DNA of 64,000 bases from Salpingoeca rosetta (GCA_033442325.1 JAWQFM010000017.1:1140036-1204035); one strand, 5' to 3'. Counted from the stretch's first letter, positions 22,920 to 35,347 are shown. Notes: generated by a model not told the origin, from the letters alone. Program-made: numbers and translations.

Positions 22920-25415
22920 CGGAGGAGGGCGAGCGGCGCTGTGGATGGCGGGTACGGCAGCAGCAGCAGCGTCACGCCCCAGCAGGGCCTTGCGATGACT
23001 GACATTTATTCGAGCGCCATTGCGCTTGACTCGTTCACGGCCACCAACGCCGCCCTCAAGGCGCGGCTGAACACACTGCTGCAAGTGATTGCGCGCGTGG
23101 AATGTCGTCGCCTGTCCTTCAAGGCACGGCCGTACCAGCTGGAGAATGACCTGTTCCACTTGGAGGTTGCCGTGCTCTCTGGCGCCAGCGTGCAGACTGT
23201 CGACACGACGCAACTCGACTACGGCAGCGACTTTGAAGCGCGCTTCGAGCGGTGGGCGTGCGATGACCCCGCCCCTGCAAGCCGGTGCGCTGGCGTGTGC
23301 AGTGCCGCTGTTCTCTTCAACGCGGACATGACAACGGCGTTTCAGGACGAGCCTGCGTTCCGTCGCGCGAGCCCGCTGCTTGACATGCGCTTCTACGACC
23401 AGACCTCCTTGCACACGGTGCAGGTTGCGTCGCTTGACCCGGCGCTGTCGCTGTTCCTGCCCATCACCGAGGCAGCGCCAGCTGGCACGACAGACAGTTC
23501 ACCTCAGCGTCGCAGAAGGAGCAGCAGTAGCAGCAGCAGCAGCGATGACGTGGCTGCGCACGACCGCGTGAACACACCACATGTCGTCACCAGCAGCAAC
23601 GTTGACAGCAACAGCAGTAGCAATGGCGCGAGCAGGGATGGGAGCGATGCTGTGCGCGTGCGTCGGGAAGGCCCCTCTGTGTCAGCACCGGAGTTTGAGT
23701 GTCTTGTGTATGACGCGTCGCAGCATCTGTGGTTGGCGGATTCCCGCTGCAGCTACTTTGCGCCCAACACGGGGGAGCAAGGCGTGGACCAGCTTGAGTG
23801 CCGCTGCACAGCTGGTAACCTACAGGTGGCCGGGTACTACTACGCTTCCTCAACGACGGGCGAGGTGAATGTCACGGTGCCAGCAGCACCTTCAGGTGAC
23901 GTGCTTGCCTACCACCTTCGCGCGTACACATACGAAACGGAGACGAATGCCGAGTCTGCGGCGTGGCTGACGGGCTTTGTGGGCACATTCTACCAGTCCA
24001 TGGTGCAGTTGCTCTCCCTGCAGGACAGTCAGGTGGCAGGCGTCGAGGTTGTGTCTGTCATCAACGGCACGGGCAACCGGCAGACGCTGGTGGTGGACTT
24101 TTATCTCGTTGAGCCTGACGGCAACGGCGGCAATGCGACGGTGCTGGACGGGTATGTTGAGGACCTCAACACCTTGATTGACACGCGCCAGGCACGGTTC
24201 GTGTACGACTCCACGACGTTTGAGCTGTACAACGTGACCATGGTGTCTGGTGGCGGAAACACAGGCGGAAGTGGCAGCAGCGGCTCGCTCGGTTCTGGCT
24301 TCTGGGTGGGCATTGCGTTTGCCATTGCCGCCGCCCTGGCCATGCTCGTGGCGCTCGTGCTGCTGCTGCAGGGGCGAATTGGCGGACGCGAAGGAAAGGC
24401 GAAACTCGGCGGCAAGAGCGTGGACGACGAGAGCACGCTGGAGATGGTTGATCTTGGACGGCGGTCGCTTGCCGCGTCGTCCAACACCAGCAGAAGGTCC
24501 TCTGTTGCGCAGCTGCTGCCGCGGTTCATGCGACGCACCAGCAGCGTGGTCATGCCGGAGCAGCTGGTGGAGGTGGACGAGGAAGGCGAGGAGGACGAGG
24601 GCGCGCAACTCACTGGCGACGACGCACGTGATCAGGTGGCCCAAACCGCCTCCACGCGCCTTGCATGGACACGGCGCTCATCCTTGTCGACAATGGCCAC
24701 GGCTACAACAGCAGCAACAGGCGCTGGTGACGGTGACGGCGAGCATCAAGTGAGCGGGGGTGCTGCTTCCACTCCTGCAACTACACCTGCGCGCCGGCTC
24801 TCCGTTGCATCTGCGACGTCACCGCAAGTGGACGAGACTGAATTCAGCAAGGGCGGCAGCAGCGATCGCACTGGTGGTGGTGATGATGATGATGATGGCG
24901 CCAGCGGCACGCACGGGGCCGCACTGCCTTTCTCTCCGCGAAGCAGCGCGTCTTTGGGTGGCGATGGCCAACAACAACAACAACAACAACAACAACAACG
25001 ACAGCGGCAAGACCCGCTGGCACCACTGACATCCACGACAACACCACCTCGGGGCATGCCTCCACGTGTGCCGCGACTGCCGTCGTCGTCATCATCATCC
25101 TCGTCGTTGTCGGCTGCGCCTGGTGGAACTGTGCCCGCACCGTCTGCTCTGACACTGCGACCAGCCCTTCGCGTGCCGTCGCTGCGATCGCGACAAGGCC
25201 CCGGTGGTTCTGAGCCGAGCACGCCTGGTACGCTGCCGCAGTTGCGCCCAGGCATCCGCGCACCACAGAGCTTGCCACGGCTGCAGCCACGTGCGCTCCC
25301 TCGCGTCAACCGTCCACCGCCGCCGCGTCGGCCATCCCAACAGCAGCAGCAGCGAACAGTGGTGGCACCGATTCCGGAGGAGAGCGATGCTGATGCCAAC
25401 GAATCCCAGGCATGA
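3075..25415 (+). CDS. Giant (~7,000 aa) type I membrane protein: Calx-beta repeats, EGF, cadherin repeats, Cys-rich repeats, IPT, REJ/GAIN-GPS-like region, single TM
   Basis: Proposed exons 3075-3177, 3428-3669, 4009-4162, 4389-5881, 6114-12186, 12466-25415 (all GT-AG, 21,015 nt = 7,004 aa + stop). Signal-peptide-like start (WLSTLLLVLGVFSSLLTTA). About 21 DDxxPExxE / NDDxxG Calx-beta repeats; 2 EGF (CANNATCVDG..., DINECANVTC...); DxNDN/LDRE cadherin motifs; REJ motifs (LDASVSSDPD, YPLMYRFG); TM FWVGIAFAIAAALAMLVALVLLL at ~24300-24370. The three small 5' exons are less certain than the rest. Confidence 0.85.
6131..6485 (+). repeat. Intragenic direct repeat, copy 1 (355 bp, one Calx-beta domain)
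   Basis: Near-identical to 9953-10307; about 4 substitutions seen by eye. Confidence 0.95.
9953..10307 (+). repeat. Intragenic direct repeat, copy 2 (355 bp)
   Basis: Near-identical to 6131-6485; offset 3,822 nt. Confidence 0.95.
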
Positions 25416-25976
25416 TACCGAGGAAGATGGCAGTGCTGGCTGGTGTGTTTGTCATGGTGCTGTTGTTGCAACTGTTGCTGTGAGAGAGGGAGAGGATGTG
25501 TGTGTGTGTGTGTGTGAGCGTGTGTGTTGTGCATGAACGAGAGGATGTGTTGAGTGAGAGAGTGAGAGAGTGAGAGAGAGAGAGGACCAGTGTGTTGTGT
25601 GTGTGTTTGGAATTGAACTGACTTTCAGACCTTGCCGCGGTTGGGGCAATACGCGTGTGCTTCATTTCAAACCTTCAAACAGTGTTTTCTTTCTTCTTTA
25701 CACCTCATTTCCTTTTGTATGTTGCATGGAGGGTTGTGCTTTGTGTGTTCTTGTTGGTCGTCAGATGTTGGGCATCTGAGCAGATACAAACACAGAAGAT
25801 ACAATCTTCTTCCTGTGTCACACAGCAGGAGTTTCCATGAGAAGTCAAGCAAGCGGACAGTGGTTGGTGCGCATCAAAAACAACACAAACCACGATTTCA
25901 CGCATCGGCAAAGTTGACCACGCCCCACAAACCCACACTCACACACACACAAACACACACGCGCGCGCACCCAAGC

Positions 25977-26379
25977 ATGATGGCTGATGACAGTGAGCAC
26001 CGCCTGACAGACGGCGTGTCTGTGGATGCGGTCAAGACCTTCCTCGCAGACCTGAAGAGCGAGTTCCCCGACACTTACACTGAGATGACAACGGAGGATG
26101 CCTGCAAGCAGCTTGTGGTGCCACGCACGCGCCAGGACAACTGCGCGTACGTCGATCTTTTGCGCAAGCAGTCATCACATGAACATGTGGGCAAGGCCAC
26201 CGTGTTTGTGTCGCACGCGTGGCGATACAAGATCGCAGACGTGCTCAACGTGCTGCTGGAGTTTGCGGAGGAACAAAGAGTACGGAAGGAAGACAGCCAG
26301 CCCGTGTTCTTCTGGTTTGACCTCTTCATGAACAACCAAAACGCCAACATCACCGCCAACCTCCCACAAGAGTGGTGCG

Positions 26380-26461
<82 letters not shown>

Positions 26462-26467
26462 AGCTGT

Positions 26468-26531
<64 letters not shown>

Positions 26532-28709
26532 CTGTGTGTGCGCCTGCGTGCTATACCTCCCCGTTTCTTGCACACTCCAACTTCCTCACACACTGGCCCT
26601 CTCCTCTCCCCCCACCACACCCGCAGGTGGAGCACCACGTTCAAGGAGTCGATTGCCAACATTGGGCGCGTGCTGCTGGTGTTGATGCCGTGGCGTGACC
26701 CCGTGCCACTGACCCGTGCGTGGTGCCTGTGGGAGATCTTCTGCGGCATCAGCAACGAGGGCACAGAGGTCAACATCCGCCTGCCCAACAGCGAGGAGAA
26801 GGCGCTGGAGGAGGCCATCCGCGGCGACTTTGAAGCCGTCACGGATACGCTGGTGCGCGTGCAGGCAGAACGGGCAGAGGCCTTCAATCCACACGACAAG
26901 GATATGATCTTCGAGGCCATCCAGAACGGCGTGGGCTTTGCGGCTCTCAACCAGGCCGTGAAGGACCAGCTGCGCGCGTGGTGCCTGCACAAGATGGTCG
27001 CTGCGGTGGAGGCCATGCGGGCAAGAGGCGAAGACGAGACAGCGGCATTTGCAGCACTATGCACTCAAGTTGGGAGTGTAATGCACGAGTTTGGCGAGCA
27101 CGGCAAGGCAATTGCATACTACGAGACCGCACTGCCAATTGCGCTTCGCACTGAAGGAGAAGATGGAAGGAACGTGGCCGGCTTGTACGATAGTCTCGGC
27201 ATCGCATACACCAAGACGGGCGAGTACGACAAGGCAATTGAGCACTTTGAGAAGGCCCTCGCCATCAAAGTGGAGGTGCTGGGAGAGAAACACCCGAGCA
27301 CAGCGCACACGTACGGCAACTTCGGCCTCCCCTACTTGCAGAAGGGCGAGAATGATCAGGCCATCAAATACTTTGAGAGGAGCCTGGCCATCAAGGCCGA
27401 GACGCTGGGCGAGAGGCACCCAGACACAGCCTTGGTCTACAACAACATTGGTGGCGCATACGAGAACAAAGCCGAGTACGGCAAGGCCATCGAGCAATTT
27501 CAGAAGGCGCTCGCTGTCAAGGTGGAGACCCTCGGAGAGAAGCACCCAAGCACAGCACAGACGTACGGAAATCTCGGCAACGCCTACTACAAGCAGGGCA
27601 AACACGACATGGCCATTGAGCACGCCGAGAAAGCGCTGCAGGTGTTTGTGGAGACGCTGGGCGAGAACCACCCCAACACAGCGCAGACCTACAAGTCCAT
27701 GGGCCGCGCATATGTCGGCAAGAGCGATTACATCAAGGCAATGCAGTGCTACAAGAAGGCGCTCGCCATTACAGCTAGGACGCTGGGCGAGAAACACCCT
27801 GACACAGCAACCGCTTACCTCAAAGTCGGCATACTGCAATTCCAAAGCGGCGACGTGGAGCAGGCACGTACCTACATCCAGCGGGCCCACAGCATTTACA
27901 TGGCCACGCTCGGGCCAGACCACCCCAACACACGCAGGGCTGCGCAGAGCTTGCAGCTCATTCAAGCTGGTGCGGTGAGCCGCGAGCAGAGCGCGCCGAC
28001 GGAACATCAGCCTGCCTCACCCACCTCTTCACCTCAGCAACAAGAAACGACCGCCAATCGCAATCTGCTTCTTCGGTTCATCTCATCTGCTGTTGTGCAC
28101 CGCTCGTCCACTGCACGGCGCAATCTGCTGTTGAGGTTTCTCGGCGCTGCCGCGCATGTTCACTCTGGAGTACGTGACCCAGCAACCACAGGCAGCGACA
28201 GTGAGGAGGAGGAGGAGGAGGAGGAGGAGGAGGAGGAGGAGGAGGAGGAGGAGGAGGAGGAGGAGGAGGAGGAGGAGGAGGAGGAGGAGGAGGAGGAGGA
28301 GGAGGAGGAGGGGCAGACAGGAAAAGCTCCTGTTTCATCTTCTCGTCAAACCGACGTCGGCGGCGGCAATGTTGCATCGACAACAGCGCTGCACGATGAT
28401 GCTTGCAAGCATTCCACCCAGCCCTTGGCCGGTTGGTTGCAGAAGCGCGGGCGATGGAACACCGCTTTTCGCACCCGGTGGTGCATGCTTGACGGTGGTC
28501 ACCTGCTGTACAGCACAGCGCCTGAGCGAGCAGCTCGCAGACACATCCCGCTTTCAACCGTGCAGTCAGCTGAGCTTACTCAGGATCGTGAGGAGCTGCA
28601 TGTTGCCGTGCCTGGGCGAACCTTTGTCTTCCGCCTGGACGCCCGTTCGGAGCTGACGCTTGCCGACTGGCGCAACGCCATTGAGATGGGGGCGAGTGGC
28701 GCGAAGTGA
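25977..28709 (+). CDS. HET/TIR-like domain + seven 42-aa TPR repeats + polyE + C-terminal PH domain protein (~826 aa)
   Basis: Exons 25977-26374 and 26627-28709. N-terminal domain motifs ATVFVSHAW, FFWFDLF, LTRAWCLWE. Kinesin-light-chain-type TPRs (LGExHPxTAxxYxNxG). PH signature GWLQKRG...RTRWCML...GRTFVF...WRNAI. Confidence 0.85.
28203..28310 (+). repeat. Pure (GAG)n coding repeat, ~36 Glu
   Basis: Uninterrupted GAG codons in frame between the TPR and PH domains. Confidence 0.95.
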
Positions 28710-28753
28710 AAAGAGACAGGGAGGAGAGGGTTGTGGATGCGAGGGTGCGAGTT

Positions 28754-28823
<70 letters not shown>

Positions 28824-29077
28824 GCATATCAGGTTATCAGTATGCGTCCGTGATCGCCTTTTCTCTTTGCTGCCCTGTATGTCTTCGCCACCACATGCTT
28901 GATACGTTCCCAGCTCAGTGACATTAACCTCACTTGAAGTGACACCAGGCTTGTGTATTTGCACTCACTAACAGACCGAAGAAAAAATTACAGCAAGCAC
29001 GACAAGCACGCTCAAGCGACAAAGCAACGCCTTACGAGCCTTCTACGCCCAGCCAAAGCACGTGGCGTGGGAACAGG

Positions 29078-29079
29078 GG

Positions 29080-29172
<93 letters not shown>
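29078..29172. repeat. (GTT)n trinucleotide microsatellite between convergent 3' ends
   Basis: Perfect gtt repeats just past the NUS1 stop codon. Confidence 0.95.
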
Positions 29173-29173
<1 letters not shown>

Positions 29174-29196
29174 CACAGCCGATCACCCTCCATTCA

Positions 29197-29382
29197 TCAC
29201 CTGCCAAAGCGCTGCTCACACCTAGAAAACGAGTTCATGGCGCGAATAAACGTGCGGGCAGTTACGTGGCGATGAGGCCCACAGAACCTGAGAAGGCGGG
29301 AGGACGTAGGCGGGAGATGAGCAGTGAGGGTAGGTGAGAGATCATGTGAGAGCGTGCGCGTGCAGTGCGGGTATGCTTGTGT

Positions 29383-29461
<79 letters not shown>

Positions 29462-30096
29462 TGTGCAGAGCACTCGAACAGACAAACAACCAAACTACAC
29501 AAGCATCAGACGCGCTTACAAGATCTCAGCAACGCGCATGTGCCAGGGCAGGAGGCCGTGAAGGACGGGTTCCCGCGAAAACATCAGCACAAGATCAAGT
29601 TCAGGCACAGTCGCTGCAAGGCGCGGATGTGATTGCATGTGCATGTGTGCATGTATACGTGTTTGCAGGTGAGTGTGGTGCCTTTCCTTTGACAGGTGGG
29701 GACGAAACGAGCCAAACTACACACATACATACACACAAGCACATACACACACACACACACAAGCACATACACACACACACACACAAGCACATACACACAC
29801 ATACACACACACCATCCCTCCCTGCCGACCTGTGAGCTTTGCGTCGAGCCACGCAACATCAACATTCCTCTGCAGGCGCGCCGCCTCTTGTACCGCCTGG
29901 ATAGGACGAGAGCAGACGAGAATGTAAGATGTTATTGTGTGTAGGACAGCGTGGCCGTGAATTGGGCATCTCTTGTGCAGTTCACAAGGATACACGAGTT
30001 GCAGCAGGCAGCAACAGCAAGACGTGGTTGAGACACACGCAGAAGCACACACACACACACACACACATGCGCGCGTAAGAGCATGCACGCACACAG

Positions 30097-30152
<56 letters not shown>

Positions 30153-30498
30153 GCACGCGCGCGCACACACACACACACACAGGCACGCACACGCACACAC
30201 ACACGCACACACACACGCACACACACAGGCACACGTACTTTGACGATGGCCGGTCTGCCTTCGTCGTCGTCGCAAAAGTGTATGCGAGTGCCAGTTCCCG
30301 ACTGCACATCTGCTCCCTTGCACCCTTCTTCTTCGGGAGTTGTGGAAGCACACGGCCGCTTTTGCGATGCAGCCAGTATTGCTTCGTCAAACACAAGCGG
30401 GTGGCTTGCACACGAGCTCCCAAAGTACGCCACATGCGCCTTTTGCAAATATTGACGCAGCAGGCTCGACGATCCCTTGCACAGCCCTGCAAAATGTG

Positions 30499-30584
<86 letters not shown>

Positions 30585-30983
30585 CAAATGTGAATGGTGA
30601 CAATGATGATGTGCACGACAAACACGGTGAACAGTTTGCTGACACAAAGTGCACACACACACACAGACAAATGCCACGCACACACACGTTCTATACGCAC
30701 CTTGGTTGTCCCATATGGTGATGTGTTTGACGCCTGATGCCATGCACCACATGACGAGGCGGGCCAGCGGTTCGTAGGTGACAGGGCCATCCGTCACTGC
30801 CAAGCAGATGTGGGCAGGTATTTTCTGCCATCTGCGCGCCCGCTGCTGTATTTGCCTAACTGAGAGTCCCGAGAAGGCGAGTGGTAGCATGTACAGCTCA
30901 CGCACGCTCCTCCATAGCCCTTGCAGCGTCGTGGACAGCCACAACACAAAGCACAGCACAGCATGCAGCATGCCATACAACAT
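29197..30983 (-). CDS. NUS1: Dehydrodolichyl diphosphate synthase subunit NUS1 / Nogo-B receptor
   Basis: Exons 30983-30701, 30486-30239, 29896-29830, 29613-29520, 29287-29197. Motifs: KIPAHI, LVMWCMASGVKHITIWDNQG, PELDLVLMF...GLLPWHMRVAEI, and C-terminal CEQRFGR* (RxG motif). Confidence 0.92.
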
Positions 30984-31427
30984 GATGGCACGTGTCTCCT
31001 GGAACACAGATGTGGTTTCTGGTTGGCACAGCGAGCTAAGAAGGCGTGTGCGTCACCTGCGCACAAGGCACTGCTAACACGCAGGAGGGGAGCGAAGAAG
31101 GGTGGTGGGAAGGGTTGCTTATGTTGTGCGATGTGCAGTTGGTTGGTGAAGCGTGCGTCGGCGGTCTGTGCTCTGTCAGACACAAAGCACAACAGCGGCA
31201 GAGAGAGAACGTGGCTTTTCTTTCTGCCCTGCCTGTTTGTTGGTTTGGCCGTGATTGTAGAAATTTGGCGAAAATGTAAACAATTTTCGGTCCAACAAGC
31301 AAGCAGAGAAGACAGACAGACGGGGTGTTGTTGGTGCTCGCTTCTTTGCCTTGTTTGTTGGAGCGGAGTGTTGTTGTGCTGTTGATGTGTGTGAAGCGGT
31401 GCTGTTCTGTGTGGATCGGACATCGCC

Positions 31428-31502
31428 ATGACGTCGACGCCAAAGTCATTTGGAGGCGGGTTTTGGAAGAAGAGAGCAGACGGCTCCCCATCCAAGTAAG
31501 TA

Positions 31503-31565
<63 letters not shown>

Positions 31566-31929
31566 GTGGGTGTGTGTGTGGGTGAGAGTGAGGCTGTATG
31601 TGTGCGAGTGTGCGAGTGTGCGAGTATGAGTGTGTGTGTGTGTGCAAGAGTGTGTGAGAGTGAGTGTATGAGAGTGAGGGTGTATGTGTGTGAGTGTATG
31701 TGTGTATGTGTGTGAGTGTGTGAGTGAGTATGCACATATGCCAAAGAGTACGTATGCGTGTACATATGTATGTGTTGAGAAATCTTTTGCTGTTGCTTTG
31801 TCATTGCAATGCGCTCACACCGTTGGCCCAACCTTTCTTCTTCCATGTCTTTCAAGGATCCGTGCCGTCACCACATCGTCCAAACGGTACTCGAGCGAGC
31901 TTGCCTTGTTTTGATGGCCCGTTTGTGTG

Positions 31930-32020
<91 letters not shown>

Positions 32021-33022
32021 CTTGTCTCTCTAGCTGCGAGTGAGGGCCCTCCTCCCCCGCGGCCTCCAGTCACACCCCACTCACGCATTTGGCGTTGTGT
32101 TGTGTTGATGATTCAGAAATGGGTTCCAGGACTTTGATGATGACATGAGCGAGGCCTGGAGCGTGGTTGAAGACGACCTTATCCTCTCCCACACACCAAC
32201 AACCGGGCCATCTGCGTCATCGTCCACTGGAGTGCCGCCGCCATCACGCCCACACGGTGCATCGTCGGCATCGCCGCCGGCTCCCCACTCGTCGTCATCG
32301 CTGTCGTCGTCCTCACCCCCACATCCATCAGCAGCGACACAGCGGCAGCCGCAGACGTCTTCATCAGTTAAACAAACACAGGTGCAGCCGCAGCAGCAGC
32401 AGCAGCAGCAGCAGCAACCAGCAGCGTCTTCGTCAAGTACAGCCCCACATGCGGCAGGGCATCAGACATCTCAGCAGCAGCAACAACAGCAACAAGAAGC
32501 ACCACAGTCTGTGCTGCAGACGGGTCTGCTGTCACCGTCACTGATGCCAGCACCACCGGCAGACACACCCGATCTGCCGCAGACACCAGCCACGCGTGGC
32601 ACATCAGCAAGAACAACAGGAGCAGAACAACAACACAAAGACAGAAGGGAGGGTAAAGAAGACGGGAGTGAAGAACAAGAGAAGAAGAAGCAGCAGCAGC
32701 AGCAAGAGCAGGACGAAGGGCGGTTGAAGAGGCAGTCTAGCAATTCACGTGTCGGTGTGGTGCCCGGGAGCGTGATGCCTGTGACCAGATTTACGCTCCC
32801 AGGCGAGGTCAAGTCACGCGCAGAGATGAAGATTGGCCAGTTTGAAAAGGCTCTGAATAGTGGCAACATCGACATTGGTACGCACATGGTCGAGGGGCGG
32901 GGGATGATTGTCATTGGGTGTATGTGTGTATGTCGTGTGCGTGTTGATGTCCCTGTACGTGGACGTCATTGTCACTACGACCGACAGCTCTGACACACGC
33001 ACGCACACACACACACACACAC

Positions 33023-33069
<47 letters not shown>

Positions 33070-34814
33070 ATGCAGAGAGGTTGAAGCGGTTGAGCTGGTC
33101 CGGTGTTCCGTCACAGATCCGCCCGATGGTCTGGCGCCTACTCTGCGTACGTTCATCGCAATAGTGGTGATGTTGTTGATGGTGATGGTGATGGTGGGGA
33201 AGGGTTGAGTTCTGTTGGTGGTGACGATGTGTGAGGCTGGTGCATGCCCTGTTACACAACCATCTCGGCGTGCATGGCGTCTGACACACACACACACACA
33301 CACATATGCACATGCACACGCACTCACACACACACACATATGCGCATGCACACACACATGCACACGCACACACACACACATGCACACGCACACACACACA
33401 TGCACACATACACACACACATGCACACATACACACACTAACCCTCGTGCTGTGGCCGTGCAGGGGTATCTGCCTGCGAATCTTGAGCGGCGACAGGCGAC
33501 GCTGGAGCGAAAGCGAGAGGAGTACAAGGCGCTCGTTCACCGCTACTACGACACCAGACACGACGCAGAGAACAAGAAAACTTTCCACCAAGTGCGTGTG
33601 CACATGTGTGTGAGTGGGAGGGTCTTTGCTGTGGCTTATTACTTGCAGGTGTTCGCAGTTGCCGCACGCTGTCACCTCTGTGCTTTGGCATCACCGTCTC
33701 ACAACATCTCACGACCAAGCCTCACACGAATGTGTGCCTGTTCGTGCGCGTGGTTTTGTGCCGCCAGATTCAAATTGATGTTCCACGCACAAGTCCTGAT
33801 GTCGCCACATTCCAGCAGCCCGTCGTGCAAGAGGTACAGACGAGTCATGAGCGAAGATGCCTCATGTGCTGCAGTGTACTTGATACTTGGTTGTTATGTC
33901 TCTGCTTTTGTCTGTGCATCTTCAAACTCTCACCTCATCCATCTTCCCCTCCTTCCACCACCACCACTCATCAACACCACCACCACCCAATCGCCAGATG
34001 CTTGAGCGCATCCTGTACATCTGGGCCATCCGCCACCCCGGCAGCGGATATGTGCAGGGCATGAACGACCTTGTCACGCCATTCATCGCCGTCTTCATTG
34101 ACGACGTCCTCGATTGCGACTTTGCCGTGTGCGACGTGACCACTGTCCCACCGGTGCTGCTGGCGGATGTGGAGGCAGACAGCTTCTGGTGCCTCTCACG
34201 TCTGCTGGACGGTATTCAGGACAACTACACGACTGCACAGCCGGGCATCCACCACAAGATTGCCCGTTTGCAGGACGTCATCAAACGCATCGACCGTACG
34301 CGCTCGTGGCGGCGAGGAAGCAGGGGGGGGGTGGGCAAGGGAAGAAGGGAGATGCGTTGGGTTCCGTTGTGAATTGGGTTGTGTGGGTATGTCTGTCTCA
34401 GTGTGTGCATGTGTTTGTGTTCGTGCATCAAAGGGGTGCGTGGCTGTGGGATTCACCTCACTCGTTATCAGCACTCATGTCAGCTCTGTGCACACCTGTC
34501 ACCGCCACCACCCCTGACACCACCATAAGGCGATCTGTTTGACCATCTTGAGTCGACGGGTGTGCTGTTTGTGCAGTTCGCCTTTCGATGGATCAACTGC
34601 CTTCTCATGCGCGAACTCCCTCTTCACTGCACCATCAGACTCGTGCGTTGTGGGGGTGGGGGGGGTGGCCGCGTTGTCTGAGTGATGGCGGCGTGATTTG
34701 GAAATTGTGTTGCTGAGTTGGTTTTGGCCTTGCTTGTTCGTTTCGTTGTGGCGGTGGTTGTTCGTGCTGGCTGCTCTTGCCTTCATCCATGGTCTGTGGC
34801 GCAGCTCGTACTTC

Positions 34815-34845
<31 letters not shown>

Positions 34846-35070
34846 CCACCACCACCACCACTCCACTTCCTCTTCTTCTCATCCACGTTCCACACCACCA
34901 CCTCAATTTGTATTCGGGGCAGTGGGACACGTGTTTGTCGGAAAAGGATGGCTTTGCGTCGTTCCACGTGTATGTGTGCGCGGCGTTTCTGAAGATGTTT
35001 TCAAAACAGCTCCAGGCCAGGGATGACTTCCAGGTCAGCCGTGCTGTGTGTGTGTGTGTGTGTGCATGCG

Positions 35071-35101
<31 letters not shown>

Positions 35102-35187
35102 TGTGTGTGTGTGTGCATGGGTGCACGCGTGTGTGTGTGTGTGTTGTGCGAGTGTGTGTGTTGTGTTGTGTGTGTGTGTGTGTGGTG

Positions 35188-35282
<95 letters not shown>

Positions 35283-35290
35283 CATGCGTG

Positions 35291-35347
<57 letters not shown>

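Noticed and set aside
23690-24375. Calling the giant protein ADGRV1 or PKD1
   Set aside because: Only one TM is visible; no 7TM, PLAT or channel domain follows the GPS-like motif.
4361-25534. Long antisense ORFs over the giant gene (e.g. 17703-19472, 15357-16625, 21042-22394), and similar ones over SWR1 and CDK11
   Set aside because: Shadow ORFs caused by GC-rich codon usage on the coding strand; no recognisable domains.
25632-25976. 115-aa N-terminal extension of the TPR ORF
   Set aside because: Non-ATG start and UTR-like composition; coding-like sequence begins at ATG 25977.
27040-27930. 126-nt periodic repeats as a CRISPR-like array, or the gene as kinesin light chain
   Set aside because: They are in-frame degenerate TPR codons; the KLC heptad region is absent and a HET/TIR-like domain is present instead.
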